A DNA stretch of 64,000 nt. It comes from Polyangiaceae bacterium. GTDB lineage: Bacteria > Desulfobacterota > Binatia > UTPRO1. The notes under the pieces are model-generated. The model ran no database searches, was not told where the DNA came from, and saw only the letters and a list, made by a program, of their open reading frames with translations. A program made the translations under genes and the position numbers. Positions 61,405 through 64,000 of the stretch are shown in pieces (the first letter of the stretch is position 1; the number at the start of each line of letters is the position of its first letter). The stretch is from positions 5,205 to 69,204 of the forward strand of contig JANNPN010000214.1 in NCBI GenBank assembly GCA_031400185.1, given 5' to 3'.

Positions 61405-62481
61405 TCAGTGCGAGACGACGCCGGCGGCGCGCTCGCGAACCTGCGCATCGACCGCGCCCGCTATCTCGAAGAAGGCTCGGCTCTGCGGATGCTCCGGGTC
61501 CGCGACGACGATCGGCGTGCCGGCGTCGCCCGCCGCACGGATCGCGCGCACGAGCGGGATCTCGCCGAGGAACGGCACGCCGAACTGGCGCGCCATGCGC
61601 TCGCCGCCGCCGTGCCCGAAGAGCTCGGCGCGCGCGCCGCAGCCGCTGCAGAGGTGGTAGCTCATGTTCTCGACGATGCCGAGAATGGGTGCCTGCACCT
61701 GCTCGAACATCGTGATGCCGCGGCGGTCGTCGAGGAGGGCGACGTCCTGCGGCGTGGTCACGATCACGCCTCCGGCGAGTGCCACCTGATGCGCGACCGT
61801 AAGCAGCGCGTCGCCCGTCCCCGGCGGCAGGTCGAGGATCAGATAATCGAGCTCGCCCCAGACGACGTTCCGGAAGAACTCCGTGATGAGCTTCGTGACC
61901 ATCGGCCCGCGCCAGATGACCGGCGTGCGCTCGCCGAGGAACATCCCCATGGAGATTGCGCGGACGCCATGGCGTTCGGCAGGCACGATGCGACGGTCCT
62001 CGCGGACGGGCGGCGCGCCCTCGATCCCGAGCATCATCGCGACGCTCGGGCCGTAGACGTCGGCGTCGAGGAGGCCCGTGCGGAGTCCCTTGGCGGCGAG
62101 TGCGCAGGCGACGTTGGCCGCGACGGTCGACTTCCCGACCCCGCCCTTGCCGGACGCGACCGCGACGATCGCCCCGACCCCAGGGATCGGCGGCTTCGGC
62201 CGGGGCGTCCCCGCGGGCGGAGGCGTAGCGCGTGCGGTCTCGACGACGATCTCGATCGGCAGACCGGTCGCGTCGCCGATCAGCCGCGCGATGTCTTTCC
62301 GGATGGCGTCCATCGCCTCGGCATTCACCGACGTCGTGGAGAGCTCGACTGTGACCCCGCGCGCACCGACCTGGATGTCGCGCACCATGCCGAAGGACAC
62401 GATGTCGCGGTTGAAGCCTGGGTATTTCACCTGGCGTAGCGACTCGAGGAGCTCCTGCGGCGTGGGCATCCGCGAACGCAT
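61405..62481 (-). CDS. apbC: Fe-S cluster carrier ATPase Mrp/ApbC (with N-terminal DUF59/MIP18 domain)
   Basis: Deviant Walker A VASGKGGVGKST, CxxC LCSGCG. Confidence 0.85.
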   Translation of the reverse strand: MRSRMPTPQELLESLRQVKYPGFNRDIVSFGMVRDIQVGARGVTVELSTTSVNAEAMDAIRKDIARLIGDATGLPIEIVVETARATPPPAGTPRPKPPIPGVGAIVAVASGKGGVGKSTVAANVACALAAKGLRTGLLDADVYGPSVAMMLGIEGAPPVREDRRIVPAERHGVRAISMGMFLGERTPVIWRGPMVTKLITEFFRNVVWGELDYLILDLPPGTGDALLTVAHQVALAGGVIVTTPQDVALLDDRRGITMFEQVQAPILGIVENMSYHLCSGCGARAELFGHGGGERMARQFGVPFLGEIPLVRAIRAAGDAGTPIVVADPEHPQSRAFFEIAGAVDAQVRERAAGVVSH

Positions 62482-62695
62482 AGCACGGGCGCCGCGGACG
62501 GGAAATTTTCCGAGCGCTCGGGCGCAGCTGGCACTCGGGACTGTGCCAGCAACGCGCAGTCGTAGGGCACACGCGATGAAAAACGCGCGATCTCAGGCGC
62601 TTAGCCGAGCGTACCCGATGGTCCGACGCTTGCTCTACCACCTATAGCTGCGCCGCTACGCGCCACTATACGCAGACACGAAGGAGACCCCCAAA

Positions 62696-62959
62696 ATGAC
62701 CGACGAAAACGTGCACCGGAGCATTCGAGAGCTGCGAATCCGTCTCGGCATGACCCAGGAAGAATTCGCCCATGCGGTCGCCGTGACATTCTCGACCGTG
62801 AACCGCTGGGAGAACGGCCACGCCAAGCCGAGCAAGCTCGCGCGGCGTGCGATCGAAGCGCTCGCACGACGCGGCAACCCGCGTCGTGAGACCAGTGCAC
62901 CCATCACCGGCGATCGCCTTGCCCCCGAGGCGATGGTTGCAGCAGAGCCGCACCAGTAA
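62696..62959 (+). CDS. XRE-family helix-turn-helix transcriptional regulator
   Basis: LGMTQEEFAHAVAVTFSTVNRWENG HTH. Confidence 0.65.
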   Translation: MTDENVHRSIRELRIRLGMTQEEFAHAVAVTFSTVNRWENGHAKPSKLARRAIEALARRGNPRRETSAPITGDRLAPEAMVAAEPHQ

Positions 62960-63631
62960 CCTCCCCTCCTCGCTGGACGCTCCCGAGGGCGACGTCCCCC
63001 CCGCCCTCGGGAGCGCGGCTCTGCATCCCACCCGCATCACCGTCGCCGCGTCCTGCGACTCGGCGAAACAGCTTCCGTAGTCCCCGCCACACCTTCGGCG
63101 CCATCCACACGACCGCGATCACGAACGCGGTGATGCCGGCGAGCATCACGAGGGGGTGGTTGAAGATCATCCAGATTCCGACGAGCGCCACGACGTCCTC
63201 GAGGACGCTCGCGATCCAGTTGCTGAAGGGCTCCGGGCTCGAGTTGAGCGCCAGCCGGGTCGTGGCTTTGGTCGCGTGGGCCGCGAATGCCACGCTGCCG
63301 CCGGCGAGTACCGCGGCGAGCTCGAGCGGCGGGCTCATCGGCCCGAACGTCCGCGCGGCGAGGATCGCGCCCGCCGGCACCCGGATGAACGTGTGGATCG
63401 CGTCCCACGCGCTGTCGACGTACGGGATCTTGTCCGCGAAGAATTCGACGACGTAGAGCACGAGCGCGATCGCAATCACTGCGGGGTGCGACAGTACCTG
63501 GAGGTCCGGGGGTAGCTGGATCGCCCCCGCCTGGGCTGCGAGCCCGAGGCGGCGACCGTCGCATAGAGGTTGATGCCGGCCGTGAAGGCCGCGCCGAGTG
63601 CCAGGCCGAGGGCCCCGATCGTGTCGTTCAT
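62904..63631 (-). pseudogene. DUF4126 family membrane protein interrupted by an apparent -1 frameshift near 63548
   Basis: N-terminal 28 aa (MNDTIGALGLALGAAFTAGINLYATVAA) in ORF 63476..63814 frame; remainder (LGLAAQ...VLYVVEFFADKIPYVDSAWDAIHTFIRVPAGAIL...) in ORF 62904..63644 frame. Confidence 0.6.
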
Positions 63632-63748
63632 GGGCGCGCTCCAAACAGCGGCGGATGGCGGTGGTGACGCTGTAGGCAGGCGTGAGTGCCGGCGAACCCG
63701 TTGCGGCCCGGCAGCCGACCCCCTATCCTCCCTCCGGCCACTCGTACC

Positions 63749-64000
63749 ATGTCGCGACGTCGCCGGCACCCGCCGCCTCCCGCTCCTACCAAGAAGCGTT
63801 CGACGCCGTTTCACGCACCGTTCGAAGAGCTCGGGAAGGTCGTTCGCGCCCGCGCGGCGACTCCGCCGAAACCCGCCGTCCGCGTGACCCCGCCGCTACG
63901 CCGGCAACCGACCCTCCGTGCGGACGACGGCGACGAGGCGGCCTCGTTCGCGGCGGCCATGGCCGACGTCCGGCCGATCGCCGACGGCTCGCGCATCGAC
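63749..64000 (+). CDS. Smr-domain protein (SmrB/YfcN-like), N-terminal fragment continuing beyond the window
   Basis: Open frame MSRRRRHPPPPAPTKKRSTPF...ADDGDEAASFAAAMADVRPIADGSRID resembles SmrB N-term; no stop before window end. Confidence 0.4.
   Translation, partial: MSRRRRHPPPPAPTKKRSTPFHAPFEELGKVVRARAATPPKPAVRVTPPLRRQPTLRADDGDEAASFAAAMADVRPIADGSRID

Overview
This is a high-GC (about 68-70% by eye) bacterial chromosomal window covering the replication-origin neighbourhood, and it is gene-dense throughout. Most of it is conserved core, including cell-wall, lipid and redox genes; no rRNA, tRNA, CRISPR array, transposase or obvious defence island was seen. The clearest accessory-looking stretch is a block of hypotheticals around plant-type gshA at 24.1-28.7 kb, which includes an inverted pair of paralogous small proteins. 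On the minus strand the order is atpF(partial)-bactofilin-parB-parA-[parS...parS]-rsmG-mnmG-mnmE-yidC-yidD-rnpA-rpmH, then a Cys-rich mini-protein, a divergent PadR regulator, and gyrA-gyrB-dnaN-dnaA. On the plus strand come hemL, atpZ-atpI-atpB-atpE ending in a clear intrinsic terminator, and an orphan ParB paralog. Further on come CorC, the gshA block, LysM-L,D-transpeptidase/DacC-SPOR cell-wall enzymes, a glpD-FADoxidase-glpK-HAD operon, dodecin and an SDR-LMWPTP-CoAbinding-NUDIX operon. The last third holds two orphan histidine kinases, flavin reductase, glmU-glmS, a RibBA whose GTP-cyclohydrolase-II domain lacks the zinc and catalytic residues, a PagL-like deacylase, DsbDalpha-Hsp33-hemerythrin, an acyl-ACP-desaturase-like gene, an ECF sigma/RskA-like anti-sigma pair, mutS2, two PlsC acyltransferases, GST, a GT2-like gene and Mrp/ApbC. 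Other points worth a second look are the parS pair bracketing a long non-coding spacer, the bactofilin next to parAB, the degenerate RibBA domain, a C-terminally truncated acyl-CoA synthetase and a -1 frameshifted DUF4126 gene. All function calls rest on by-eye motif recognition; ORF coordinates follow the supplied track, and starts are adjusted where an internal start fits better.
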